This document shows, piece by piece, positions 36,314-45,700 of a stretch of DNA of 56,325 bases. Source of the DNA: a virus (taxonomy: Duplodnaviria > Caudoviricetes). Position 1 is the first letter of the stretch; every line of letters starts with the position of its first letter. The stretch spans positions 1-56,325 of IMG/VR virus record IMGVR_UViG_3300044233_001555, one strand, 5' to 3'. The notes beneath the pieces were generated by a model. That model ran no database searches and was not told the DNA's origin. It was given only the letters and a program-made list of their open reading frames with translations. The position numbers were made by a program, and so were the translations under genes.

Positions 36314-36662
36314 AATATTACTTTTATTTTTTACTTTTACTATTCCTGTTTTTGCTCAAGACAGTCTTTTTTTACAGCGTGGAACTTTTCCAATGCACTG
36401 CACCAGAGCAGAAAATGGAATGTTTGAGTTAGCAAAAATTGCGTCTGATAAATATGGTGAAATCCCCATGATTATTGCAGAAATGGGGCCGGGACTTTTA
36501 ATCCTTACTTATAATTATGATGTTAATAACCCTTCTTGGAGTGTTATTATTACTAAACCGGGAGAGGCTTGTTTTTTTGCTAGTGGAACAACACTGTCAC
36601 AAATTCCAAAAGAACTTGTAGATCAATCTAACGAGAAAGAAGAAGGCAAGGTAGAAATGTGA
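36306..36662 (+). CDS. Hypothetical exported protein
   Basis: Signal-peptide-like MVKILLLFFTFTIPVFA-Q. Confidence 0.6.
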   Translation: MVKILLLFFTFTIPVFAQDSLFLQRGTFPMHCTRAENGMFELAKIASDKYGEIPMIIAEMGPGLLILTYNYDVNNPSWSVIITKPGEACFFASGTTLSQIPKELVDQSNEKEEGKVEM

Positions 36663-36874
36663 TGGAGCCATCTATCATGGTGGACGCACTTATCGGAGTT
36701 ATATTATTCCTTGGCGGGTGGTTAGTTAAGAGAATTTTTTCTCAGATAGACAGGCTACATGCTAGAGTTACAGACCTTGCTACTCAAACAGTTAGCAGAC
36801 AAGAACTAGATACTCATATAGATAGAATCCTTGATCGCATAGATACCCTTGAGCAGAGGCTTTTGAACAAGTGA
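36659..36874 (+). CDS. Small membrane protein with coiled coil (holin/antiholin-like)
   Basis: Single N-terminal TM helix then a heptad region; function inferred. Confidence 0.45.
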   Translation: MMEPSIMVDALIGVILFLGGWLVKRIFSQIDRLHARVTDLATQTVSRQELDTHIDRILDRIDTLEQRLLNK

Positions 36875-37299
36875 GTGATCTTGAGGTATCTGACAGAACT
36901 AGTGTAGGACTTCCATTAAGAAACTTAATAGGTCTTGCTAGTGCTGTGGCTGTAGGTACATGGGCTTGGTTTGGCCTTCAGGAGAGGCTTAATGTTTTAG
37001 AGACAAATCAAATCCTGATGGCTAAGTCTGTGGAGCAGAATGAAAATTTTCGCATCAAGTGGCCTCGGGGCGAGTTAGGCGCACTTCCCGCCGATGCTGA
37101 ACAGTTTATGTTGCTAGAACATCTGGCGAAAGAGTTTTCTAAACTACAGGAGGTGATCGAAACAGGCAAGGCTCCATACGATCAGCAACAGGCTCTCACG
37201 CTAGATTTTTTTAAGCAACGTATAGAAAACCTAGAGCGCCATGTTGAGACACTGAAAGATAAGACATCCGAAATTAAAGCAAGCAACGGGGTGCATTAA
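36871..37299 (+). CDS. Membrane-anchored coiled-coil protein
   Basis: TM segment LIGLASAVAVGTWAWFGL then a coiled coil. Confidence 0.55.
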   Translation: MSDLEVSDRTSVGLPLRNLIGLASAVAVGTWAWFGLQERLNVLETNQILMAKSVEQNENFRIKWPRGELGALPADAEQFMLLEHLAKEFSKLQEVIETGKAPYDQQQALTLDFFKQRIENLERHVETLKDKTSEIKASNGVH

Positions 37300-37556
37300 T
37301 GAATATTACTATGATGGTGCTTGTGCTGTACTTAAATGGTTCTGTTGTTGAGTACATGGGACACCATGAGACTGATAGCGGATGGGAGCGAATGGGTATT
37401 AGCGGATGTTTACAGATGAAGCGTACACTCAAACGTAATGGTTGGAAGGACAATCTAAACGGTAGCACAAGGTACGCCTGTGAACGTAGACAAGTAGAAC
37501 TTAGCACTAACTGGGAAGGAAATGAAATAGTAGCGAGGCTTATTGATGGCGACTAG
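37299..37556 (+). CDS. Hypothetical protein
   Basis: TAATG coupling; hydrophobic N-terminus; two Cys. Confidence 0.55.
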   Translation: MNITMMVLVLYLNGSVVEYMGHHETDSGWERMGISGCLQMKRTLKRNGWKDNLNGSTRYACERRQVELSTNWEGNEIVARLIDGD

Positions 37557-37845
37557 AAGACAAAAGCCTATACCTAGAACAACTAAAGGTAAAGGTGCTA
37601 ACTATAGGCCTACTAAGTCTGGAGCGGGTATGACTGCAAAAGGTGTTGCCGCTCATCGCAGGGAAAACCCCGGCTCTAAACTACAAACAGCAGTAACAGG
37701 TAACCCAAAAAAAGGTTCTAAGGACGCTAAAAGAAGAAAGTCTTATTGTGCTAGATCAAAAGGCCAGTTAGAAAGATCAAGTGCTAAAACTCGTAACGAT
37801 CCTAACTCAAGAATAAGACAAGCAAGGCGTAGGTGGAAATGTTAA
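37546..37845 (+). CDS. Small basic phage protein (DUF6321-like)
   Basis: 'RRKSYCARS...DPNSRI..ARRRWKC' pattern; family name from memory. Confidence 0.6.
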   Translation: MATRRQKPIPRTTKGKGANYRPTKSGAGMTAKGVAAHRRENPGSKLQTAVTGNPKKGSKDAKRRKSYCARSKGQLERSSAKTRNDPNSRIRQARRRWKC

Positions 37846-37961
37846 AAAAGATTAAAAAAGTTTCTAATGAACTTAACAAGGCTTCTAAAATGCACAAGAA
37901 ACAATCAGAGGCTTTAAAAAAATTAAGTGCTAGTGCTAAGAAAACAAAAAAGAGGAAATAA
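37839..37961 (+). CDS. Small Lys-rich protein (40 aa, not in the ORF track)
   Basis: Hand translation MLKKIKKVSNELNKASKMHKKQSEALKKLSASAKKTKKRK. Confidence 0.55.
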   Translation: MLKKIKKVSNELNKASKMHKKQSEALKKLSASAKKTKKRK

Positions 37962-38137
37962 TGGCTTCTAAACCTAAACCAAATGATCCTGCTAAGTGGT
38001 CGAAAGCAAAATCAAAAGCAAAAGCAAAGTTTAAAGTATACCCTTCTGCTTACGCAAATGCTTATGCTTCTAAAGAGTACAAAAAAATGGGCGGTACTTG
38101 GAGCGGCAAAGACAACAGAGTAAAGAAACGTGGCTAA
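37961..38137 (+). CDS. Small basic protein (58 aa, DUF5872-like, not in the ORF track)
   Basis: TAATG coupling; 'KFKVYPSAYANAYASKEYKKMGG'. Confidence 0.6.
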   Translation: MASKPKPNDPAKWSKAKSKAKAKFKVYPSAYANAYASKEYKKMGGTWSGKDNRVKKRG

Positions 38138-38348
38138 AGGTGGTCTTGGCAAATGGTTTGATGAAGAGTGGGTCGATGTTAAGACAGGAAAATCTTGTGG
38201 AAGAAAATCTACTAAATCAGGTAGACCTTATCCTGCTTGTCGCCCAAAAAAAGTAGCGTCTAAAATATCTAAATCTGAGGCCAGTAAAAAAACTGGGCCT
38301 AAAAAAGTTAAGTGGTCTACTACCGCTAGTGGAAAAAAAAGAACCTGA
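38130..38348 (+). CDS. Small basic phage protein
   Basis: 'GLGKWFDEEWVDVKTGKSCGR...YPACRP' pattern. Confidence 0.6.
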   Translation: MAKGGLGKWFDEEWVDVKTGKSCGRKSTKSGRPYPACRPKKVASKISKSEASKKTGPKKVKWSTTASGKKRT

Positions 38349-38368
38349 TAGGGGGAAAATGAAAAGTC

Positions 38369-38680
38369 TTGATAATAACTCCAGAAGCAAATTACCAATT
38401 AAACAATTTATTAAACTCTGGAGAAGTTTTAGAAATTGGTTTAAAAGGCGGTGGGTGCAGTGGCCTTATGATTACTTTGGAGAAAGCGGAATCGAAAGGT
38501 ACTACAGAATTGAGTATAGGAGAGAAGGCCAAGTTCGCAGATCAGATGTCGCAGACATATTTACAAGGCGGTAGCCTTGATTATAAAGATGAAGGTTTTT
38601 CTAAAAGATTTGTGGTTAACCCAAGTGAAGGTACAAGAAAATGCGGATGTGGTGATAGCATCGCTATTCCAGAAATGTAA
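38369..38680 (+). CDS. A-type Fe-S cluster carrier (IscA/ErpA/HesB family)
   Basis: 'ITPEA', 'GGGCSG', 'LDY', 'NP...CGCGDS' carry the three conserved Cys. Confidence 0.88.
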   Translation: MIITPEANYQLNNLLNSGEVLEIGLKGGGCSGLMITLEKAESKGTTELSIGEKAKFADQMSQTYLQGGSLDYKDEGFSKRFVVNPSEGTRKCGCGDSIAIPEM

Positions 38681-38718
38681 CAATTTTAAAATGTTTAGGA
38701 GATGACCTTGAAAGAAAA

Positions 38719-39165
38719 ATGGAAAGCACTACCGAAAAAAACAAAAATGTATATCATAGGTGGCGTAGCCGTGCTTATGTTAGCCTCTGCTATCTGGGGA
38801 TAGCGTTAGGAGTTATAGGATGCGGGACGATAAAGAAAGCGGGAGTGGTAGCAACTGGAGCGGCAGTCGGTGCTACTGCGGGGACTGTGTTAGGTGGGGG
38901 TGCGATTGCACCGATAGCGGGAGCCATGACAACTGCTTTTGTGACAGATGTGGCGACCTCGACAATGGACAATCTTGGTGGGAGGAGTACTAATATGGAT
39001 TGTGCGCCAGATAACTTCTGGAGTTTGCTTGGCTCCCTTGCAGAAATGGGGGGTTGGTTACTTATTTTGGTAGTAATAATTCCCATGGTGTTAGGATGGT
39101 TTTTACCCGGCCCTGTAAAAATGAAGGGCAGAGAACCTAAACACCCTAACCCATACATTAGATGA
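38719..39165 (+). CDS. Putative lipoprotein with glycine zipper and C-terminal TM helix (start uncertain)
   Basis: Lipobox-like VIG-C, GAAVGATAGTVLGGG zipper, TM segment WLLILVVIIPMVLGWFL. Confidence 0.5.
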   Translation: MESTTEKNKNVYHRWRSRAYVSLCYLGIALGVIGCGTIKKAGVVATGAAVGATAGTVLGGGAIAPIAGAMTTAFVTDVATSTMDNLGGRSTNMDCAPDNFWSLLGSLAEMGGWLLILVVIIPMVLGWFLPGPVKMKGREPKHPNPYIR

Positions 39166-40154
39166 AATATTTGTGTGTATTATTTGGAGTAATATACGCT
39201 TCAATAGCACAATCTGATATTTATGGATCAAGAGCAAGTTTTCTTTTGCACAATGATCTGCGTAACTGGATGAGTCTATCGTACCTATCTGTTAATGTAG
39301 ATGATGCTTGGCGCAGAAGAGTAGAAAACGCTTTAATTAATCAAGGTGACACACATATCTATATTTATTCTCAGAATGGAGATGACGGTATTGGAAATGT
39401 TTCGCCTCAATCCGATTGGGAAGTTAGACTAGATCATCTTAACAGTAGAGGTCTACGCCCTGTGCTGTGGTTAATGGCTGATGACTCTCCTAACCTAGCA
39501 TCTAAACCTCTTTCTTATCATAAGTCTCACAACTCTGAGATGGTTCGTAGGTTTGATGACAAAGTAGATGGTTACGTTATTGGGCTAGAAGTAGATGAGT
39601 ATTGGTCAGCGGCACAAGTTAGAGAGATGGTTGCTGATTTAAAGGCCAAGACAAACAAGCCTGTTGGCGTACATCTTAGTCCCGGTATTAAGCCGGAATA
39701 TCTTGACAACGCTGATATAGTATACCTGCAAACTGGGTTTGACTTAAATGAATCTCAGTTTAGAGCAAAGGTAACTGAGGCTCTTTCTCTTGGTAAGCCT
39801 GTGATAGTTTCAGAATATCATATGGATTCTTCCTCAACTGTTGCAAAAAGATATGGAGATATTGCATGTCAAATGGGAGCCGTAGGGACAGGAAACGGAA
39901 GAAACGTAATCTTCTGTGGTCAACAAGAAACGCAAACAAAGAAGAAGTGGTACAAGAAATACGAACAGGAGATGGTCGTTGCTGGGGTCGCAATGGTCAC
40001 CCTTTATGCGGTTACAAAGTTGAACCTTCCATTAACTATGACAGCAACAGAAGATTCTTTTCAGATCGGTACAGAGATGAGGATTGGGATACATGGCATT
40101 GGTGGTAACTACAGCGAAAACAGAATAATGGCTATATATAGGTTGAATTTTTAA
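39162..40154 (+). CDS. Exported glycoside hydrolase-like (clan GH-A TIM barrel) protein
   Basis: Signal peptide; 'YVIGLE.DE' and 'KPVIVSEY' resemble the acid/base and nucleophile motifs. Confidence 0.55.
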   Translation: MKYLCVLFGVIYASIAQSDIYGSRASFLLHNDLRNWMSLSYLSVNVDDAWRRRVENALINQGDTHIYIYSQNGDDGIGNVSPQSDWEVRLDHLNSRGLRPVLWLMADDSPNLASKPLSYHKSHNSEMVRRFDDKVDGYVIGLEVDEYWSAAQVREMVADLKAKTNKPVGVHLSPGIKPEYLDNADIVYLQTGFDLNESQFRAKVTEALSLGKPVIVSEYHMDSSSTVAKRYGDIACQMGAVGTGNGRNVIFCGQQETQTKKKWYKKYEQEMVVAGVAMVTLYAVTKLNLPLTMTATEDSFQIGTEMRIGIHGIGGNYSENRIMAIYRLNF

Positions 40155-40744
40155 TGGCTACTACACTAACACTAAGACAAACAAAAGGAAGCCCTCTTAC
40201 ATTTGGAGAGATGGATTCTAATTTACAAAGTTTAGACGTAAATAAACAAGAAAACATACCTAACATAGAGTTAGCAACATCTATTGATTCTTCTGTTGAC
40301 AAAATTCTTTTTTACGATAACTCTACTACAGAATCAAAATCAATTGTTGTAGACAATGTTACTGCTTTTGTTGAAAGAAATTTAATAGTTAAGTGTGTAA
40401 ATGACAGTATTGCTCCTGTTGTTGGAAATGGAATTGTTCACATAACTATACCATCTTCTCTTAACAACAAAAAACTTCAGTCTGCTGAAGCGCACGTTTA
40501 TACAGCAGGAACTAGCGGTTCTATTACTAGCGTTCAATTGCATAATCTTACTGATAGCGTAGATATGTTGTCTACTCCTATAACAATAGATTTAAATGAA
40601 ACAGATTCTTCTACTGCCGCAACTCCTCACGTTGTTGGTGTAAATAATACGGTAACAACAGCAGACGTTATTAGAGTAGATGTTGATGTTGTTGCAACAG
40701 ACACAAAGGGATTAGAAATTAGAATGGTTTTTGGTACTGCATAG
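40154..40744 (+). CDS. Putative tail-associated structural protein
   Basis: 'LTLRQTKGSPLTFGEMDSN' N-terminus as in phage fibre-associated proteins; beta-rich. Confidence 0.5.
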   Translation: MATTLTLRQTKGSPLTFGEMDSNLQSLDVNKQENIPNIELATSIDSSVDKILFYDNSTTESKSIVVDNVTAFVERNLIVKCVNDSIAPVVGNGIVHITIPSSLNNKKLQSAEAHVYTAGTSGSITSVQLHNLTDSVDMLSTPITIDLNETDSSTAATPHVVGVNNTVTTADVIRVDVDVVATDTKGLEIRMVFGTA

Positions 40745-40745
40745 T

Positions 40746-41588
40746 ATGTTGCAAATTGGAGTATATTCAGAGCCTCCTACTGTTGAGGTTAAAAGTAAAA
40801 AAGTTATTTCAGAAATAAAATGTTCTCTTAACGAAGACCCTAAAAAAATAACCAACAATATAAAAATAAATATTGCAAGAGGACTTCCTCAAGTAACTCC
40901 GCATGAAACACAACCGGATAAAGTTGTTTGTATTGTTGCAGGAGGCCCTTCGTTAAAAGACACATTTCATCTGTTACAAGAAAAAAAAGAACAAGGTTGT
41001 CCTGTTGTTGCATTAAATGGTGCTTACAATTTTTGTATAGAAAATAAAGTAATGCCATCTGCTATGGTAATGCTTGATAGCAGAAAATTTAATAGTAGGT
41101 TTGTTTTGCCTACTTTAGATAGTTGTAAATATTTTATTTCTTCTCAGTGTCATCCTAGTGTTTTTAGAAAACTATCTAGCCATGAAGTTTACATATGGCA
41201 TTGTGCGGGTGATGTTGACAACGAGCATTTGTTAGAGAGCCAATATGATGGCAAATACTATCCTGTTATGGGGGGTACAACCGTAACGTTTAGAGCAATT
41301 CATTTGCTAAGAATGTTAGGTTTTTGTAAGTTTGAAATTTTTGGTTTTGATAGTTGCATCATGGATGAACACCATGCTTACTCACAGCCAGAAAACGATG
41401 ACGAACAAGAAATAGAAGTTGTTTTGGGGGAAAAAAAATTTAGATGCACAGTAGCCCATTTTCAACAAGCAAAGGAGTTTGTACAGTTAGTTAGCACTAC
41501 TGGAGATCATTACGAACTTTCTGTTCACGGTAATGGACTAATAGCGTACATTATTAAACATCCAGAAATACTTAAGGAGGCGGCTTAA
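40746..41588 (+). CDS. MAF/DUF115 (MptE-like) glycosyltransferase-like protein
   Basis: 'CIVAGGPSL', 'VALNGA', 'GGTTV..AIHL..MLGF..FEIFGFDSC'. Confidence 0.7.
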   Translation: MLQIGVYSEPPTVEVKSKKVISEIKCSLNEDPKKITNNIKINIARGLPQVTPHETQPDKVVCIVAGGPSLKDTFHLLQEKKEQGCPVVALNGAYNFCIENKVMPSAMVMLDSRKFNSRFVLPTLDSCKYFISSQCHPSVFRKLSSHEVYIWHCAGDVDNEHLLESQYDGKYYPVMGGTTVTFRAIHLLRMLGFCKFEIFGFDSCIMDEHHAYSQPENDDEQEIEVVLGEKKFRCTVAHFQQAKEFVQLVSTTGDHYELSVHGNGLIAYIIKHPEILKEAA

Positions 41589-42032
41589 ATGGCGGCTACA
41601 GCATGGACTTTTTATAATAGTTTTAGAGAATATTTAGGAAACGGTAATTTTGACCTAGATGGTACTAGCACTGGTTTTTTCATGGCTTTGCACACAAGTG
41701 CGGCAAGTGCTAATGCAAACAATGTTGCCCTATCAACTCAGGCATCTTTAGGAAATGAAGTTGCTAACGGAAATGGTTATGCTACTGGTGGAGCATCTGT
41801 TACCGCGAGAACTTGGGCATCTGTTGCAACTAACAAATACAGATTTGATTCTACCGCTGTTACTTGGACTGCTACTGGTGGAACCATTCCTAATGTTAAA
41901 TACGCTGTTGTATATCAAGAAGGTGGAAAACTTGTTTGCTTTTCTAAATTAACCACTTCTCAATTTACTCTTGCACAGGATAACACATTGACAGTTACTC
42001 CTAGCGCAACTGGAATATTTGAATTAGCATAG
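41589..42032 (+). CDS. Virion structural protein
   Basis: Ala/Thr-rich, beta-rich; AAGGAGG RBS; within the fibre cluster. Confidence 0.6.
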   Translation: MAATAWTFYNSFREYLGNGNFDLDGTSTGFFMALHTSAASANANNVALSTQASLGNEVANGNGYATGGASVTARTWASVATNKYRFDSTAVTWTATGGTIPNVKYAVVYQEGGKLVCFSKLTTSQFTLAQDNTLTVTPSATGIFELA

Positions 42033-42042
42033 GAGAATAATA

Positions 42043-42774
42043 ATGGGATTGGAATCAGCCTCCTACATCAGCCAATTAAATAGTTCAAATCCAACGGCGA
42101 CAGACCCCGTAAGTGAAGGCGATGACCATTTGCGTCTTGTCAAATCAGTTCTAAAGACTCAGTTTTCTGGTCTTTCTGGAACAACTGCTGTCACTACCAG
42201 TGAAGCAGAAATGAACATTTTAGATGGAGTTACAGCCAGTACGTCTGAATTAAATATTATGGACGGTGTTACTGCTACAACTTCTGAACTAAATATTATG
42301 GATGGGGTTACCGCTACCACATCTGAGATAAATATTATAGATGGAGTAACGGCTACTACAGCAGAACTTAATTACACTGATGGAGTAACATCTAACATTC
42401 AGACTCAGTTAGACGCTAAACCTGACGTATCTGATGCTAATACATGGACAGCAGGACAGCGTGGAGAAATTACAGCGTTAACTTCAGCAACAACTATTAC
42501 CATTGATATGGCTGATAGTAATAACTTTAGTGTAACACTTGCTCATAATGCGGCATTTGCTAATCCATCAAATGACACAGCAGGACAAAGCGGAAGCATT
42601 TTTATTACGCAGGACGGCACTGGATCAAGGACTGCTAGTTGGGGAACTGATTGGGATTTTGCCGGAGGAACTGCACCTACATTGACTACAACAGCAGGAG
42701 CGGTAGATAGAATAGATTATGTTATTAAAGACGCATCTAACATCCACGCTGTAGCAACGCTTAATCTTTCGTAA
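42043..42774 (+). CDS. Tail fibre protein with 13-residue repeats
   Basis: N-terminal 'GDDHLRLVKSVLK' anchor; five ELNIMDGVTATTS-type units; C-terminal 'QDGTGSRT..W...P.LTT.A.AVD' domain. Confidence 0.75.
   Translation: MGLESASYISQLNSSNPTATDPVSEGDDHLRLVKSVLKTQFSGLSGTTAVTTSEAEMNILDGVTASTSELNIMDGVTATTSELNIMDGVTATTSEINIIDGVTATTAELNYTDGVTSNIQTQLDAKPDVSDANTWTAGQRGEITALTSATTITIDMADSNNFSVTLAHNAAFANPSNDTAGQSGSIFITQDGTGSRTASWGTDWDFAGGTAPTLTTTAGAVDRIDYVIKDASNIHAVATLNLS
42208..42390 (+). repeat. 39-bp coding tandem repeat (about 4.7 units)
   Basis: EMNILDGVTASTS / ELNIMDGVTATTS / ELNIMDGVTATTS / EINIIDGVTATTA / ELNYTDGVT, with diverged synonymous codons. Confidence 0.85.
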
Positions 42775-45700
42775 TGCCTGTATTTAACAACATACTTGCT
42801 GGCGCATCAGGTCAGACTACTGGCTACGACATAGACCAGTCGTTGCGGTTTGAGGATGGTGATTCTCCTGAACTGGTAAGGAGTGTTACAGTTGCCGGTA
42901 ATCGTAGAACATCTACATGGTCTGCTTGGGTAAAAATTGGTTGGAGTACTTTTAGCAACGATGCTGGAACTATTGAACCAACTCATACTTTGTTCTGTTG
43001 TGGGAATTCAGACGGAAGATGGAATGTTGGATTTTCAAATGCCACAGCGATCAATAACAATCTACCACAGTTGTTTATAGGTCAAAGAGACAGTGGTGGA
43101 GGCCAAGCATTTGAGGTTTCATCAACTCAGGCATTTAGAGACCCATCTGCTTGGTATCATATTGTGGTGGTTATGGATACTAACCAATCAACTAATACTA
43201 ATAGGGTAAAGGCCTATATCAACGGAGAAAGAATAACTGATTGGGGTGTCACTTCATGGCCTAGTCAAAACTACGATTCTGACTGTTTTAGAACAGCCGA
43301 TCCGGTAGTTAAGGTTCGGGTAGGTAGTACGGTTACTAATAGTAATACAGGTGATAGATTCTGGGATGGTTATATAGCAGAAGTTAATGTGGTGGACGGT
43401 ACTGCCCTAGACGCATCATACTTTGGTGAAACCAATTCAGCCACTAACCAATGGGTTCCTGTTGAGTACGCAGGAAGTTACGGCACTAACGGTTTCTACC
43501 TTCCATTCTCAAGTACGGAACTAGCGAATAGTTTTAGTGATTCAAGTACAGATTGCGGCGATGGTTCTCCTTGCTATGCGGGAGATACCAAACTGTTACT
43601 GCATTTCGATGGAGCAGATGACGGCACTTCGTTTCCCGATTCTTCCAGAGAAGGCCATTCGATCACTCGCACCGGAACTGTAACCAAAACAGGTCAAAAG
43701 AAATTTGGCACTGCGTCTGCTTATTTTGATGGCAATGATGGCCTCACAACATCAGACACATCAGACTTTACCTTTGGCACAGACCCATTCACGATTGAGT
43801 GCTGGGTCTATGTAACAAGCGGAGCGGCCTTTAACACTCCCAGCGCCTCAGATGCGGGATTTCTGTTTTGCGGCGACAGTTCAGCAACATCAACTCGGTC
43901 AGTTGAATTTACAATTTATCGTGGTGAACTTCGGGCTGGCCTGTATAACTCGGATTCATCATCAGCAACGTATATTTCCGGCGGCACAATCAACGATACG
44001 ACTTGGTATCACGTTGCGCTTTCAAGAACTGCAAGCGATGCGTGGGCGATCTACGTCGATGGAAGCAGGGTTGCTACATCATCGACCACAAAAACGCTTC
44101 CTCAAAATGCGAATAGCGGACAAATTGCTATAGGAGCAAGGATCGAAGGCGGTTCGCTTGGTCAGTATTTCGATGGGTATATTGATGATTACCGGATAAC
44201 GAAGGGCGTAGGCAGATATTCTGGCGCAAGTTTTACCGCACCCACTGCCGCTTTTACCAATCCTACCAAAAGCATTACCGCTAACGGTGACGTAACCAAT
44301 ACAAGAGCGCAATCCAAGATTGGTAACTCATCCATTTATTTTGATGGCACTGGTGATTATCTAAGTACAGCCTCTTCTGGACTGGGATTGACTGGTGATT
44401 ACACAATTGAGTGCTGGTTTAACACAGCATCTTCAACAAGCGACAATGGGATTATTTCAAATAAATATAATAATTCCAGTTTTAACGGCAATTTTTCGTT
44501 ACGGCTTAATGACGGCGGTAACAGCAACGATATAGCGTTTCGACCTTATAACGGAACTGTTGCTGAAGGGGGCTTAGTAACATCAGGAACTGGAGCATGG
44601 TCAGATAATACTTGGACTCATGTTGCTGTTGTTAGGTCTGGTTCTGGTACTGGCAATGTAAAAATGTACATTAATGGATCACTTGCCGGAACATCATCAG
44701 GCGCGTCTAGTTCTACTATTCTTGGAAATGCAGGCGATTTAAATATTGGCCGTCAAGAATCTGCAAGTGCCGGAACAAATTATCTAAATGGTTATATGGA
44801 CGAGATTCGTATATCTAGTTCAGCAAGATACACAGGAACCTTTACTCCATCCACAACAGCATTTACCGCAGACGCAAACACTCTACTACTGATCCATTCG
44901 GACTTTAACGGTGGACTAGGCTCAGATGGTTCTGGAAATAAAAACGATTTTGCTCCTACTAATCTAGTGGTTACGGATCAGGTACTGGATAGCCCGACAA
45001 ATAACTTTGCTACTTTCAATCCGTTGGTTAGGTCTTCATCAAACTCAAATTATTCAGAAGGAAATTTATACGCCACAGACAACGGCAGTGGCGATTGGGA
45101 GGTAAGATTAGGAACTATACCTCTACCAGAAACTGGTAAATGGTATTGGGAATGTAGAGTTGGAAACGGCAACGCTTATATTGGAATCTTAGACGAAGGT
45201 GAGAATATTACCGTTACAAATCCCAGCGGCGGTGTTATTTGGTATGGAGATGACGGAAGAAAGAGAATAGACGGAACCTTTAGTTCTTACGGTGCAGGAT
45301 ATGGATCAGCAAATGTGTTGGGCGTTGCTGTCGACATGGACGCAAGCCCAAGAACAATAGAATTTTACAAAGATAATACATCGCAAGGGTCTATTACAAT
45401 TACAGGCGACTGTGCTACTGGAACAGTTATTCCATACATTACCAGCATTGTTCAATCATGGATTAACTTTGGTCAAGACAGTTCATTCGCCGGATCAAAA
45501 ACATCACAAGGAAATGGCGGCGATGGCGAGGACTTCTTTTACACGCCACCTACAGGATACAAAGCGTTAAACACTGACAACCTCCCTGATGTAAGCATCA
45601 AGCCAGAGGAACACTTCCAAACAGTGTTGTATACAGGTGATGGAACTACAAACCATGCAATTACAGGCGTAGGGTTTCAACCTGATTTAGTCTGGTACAA

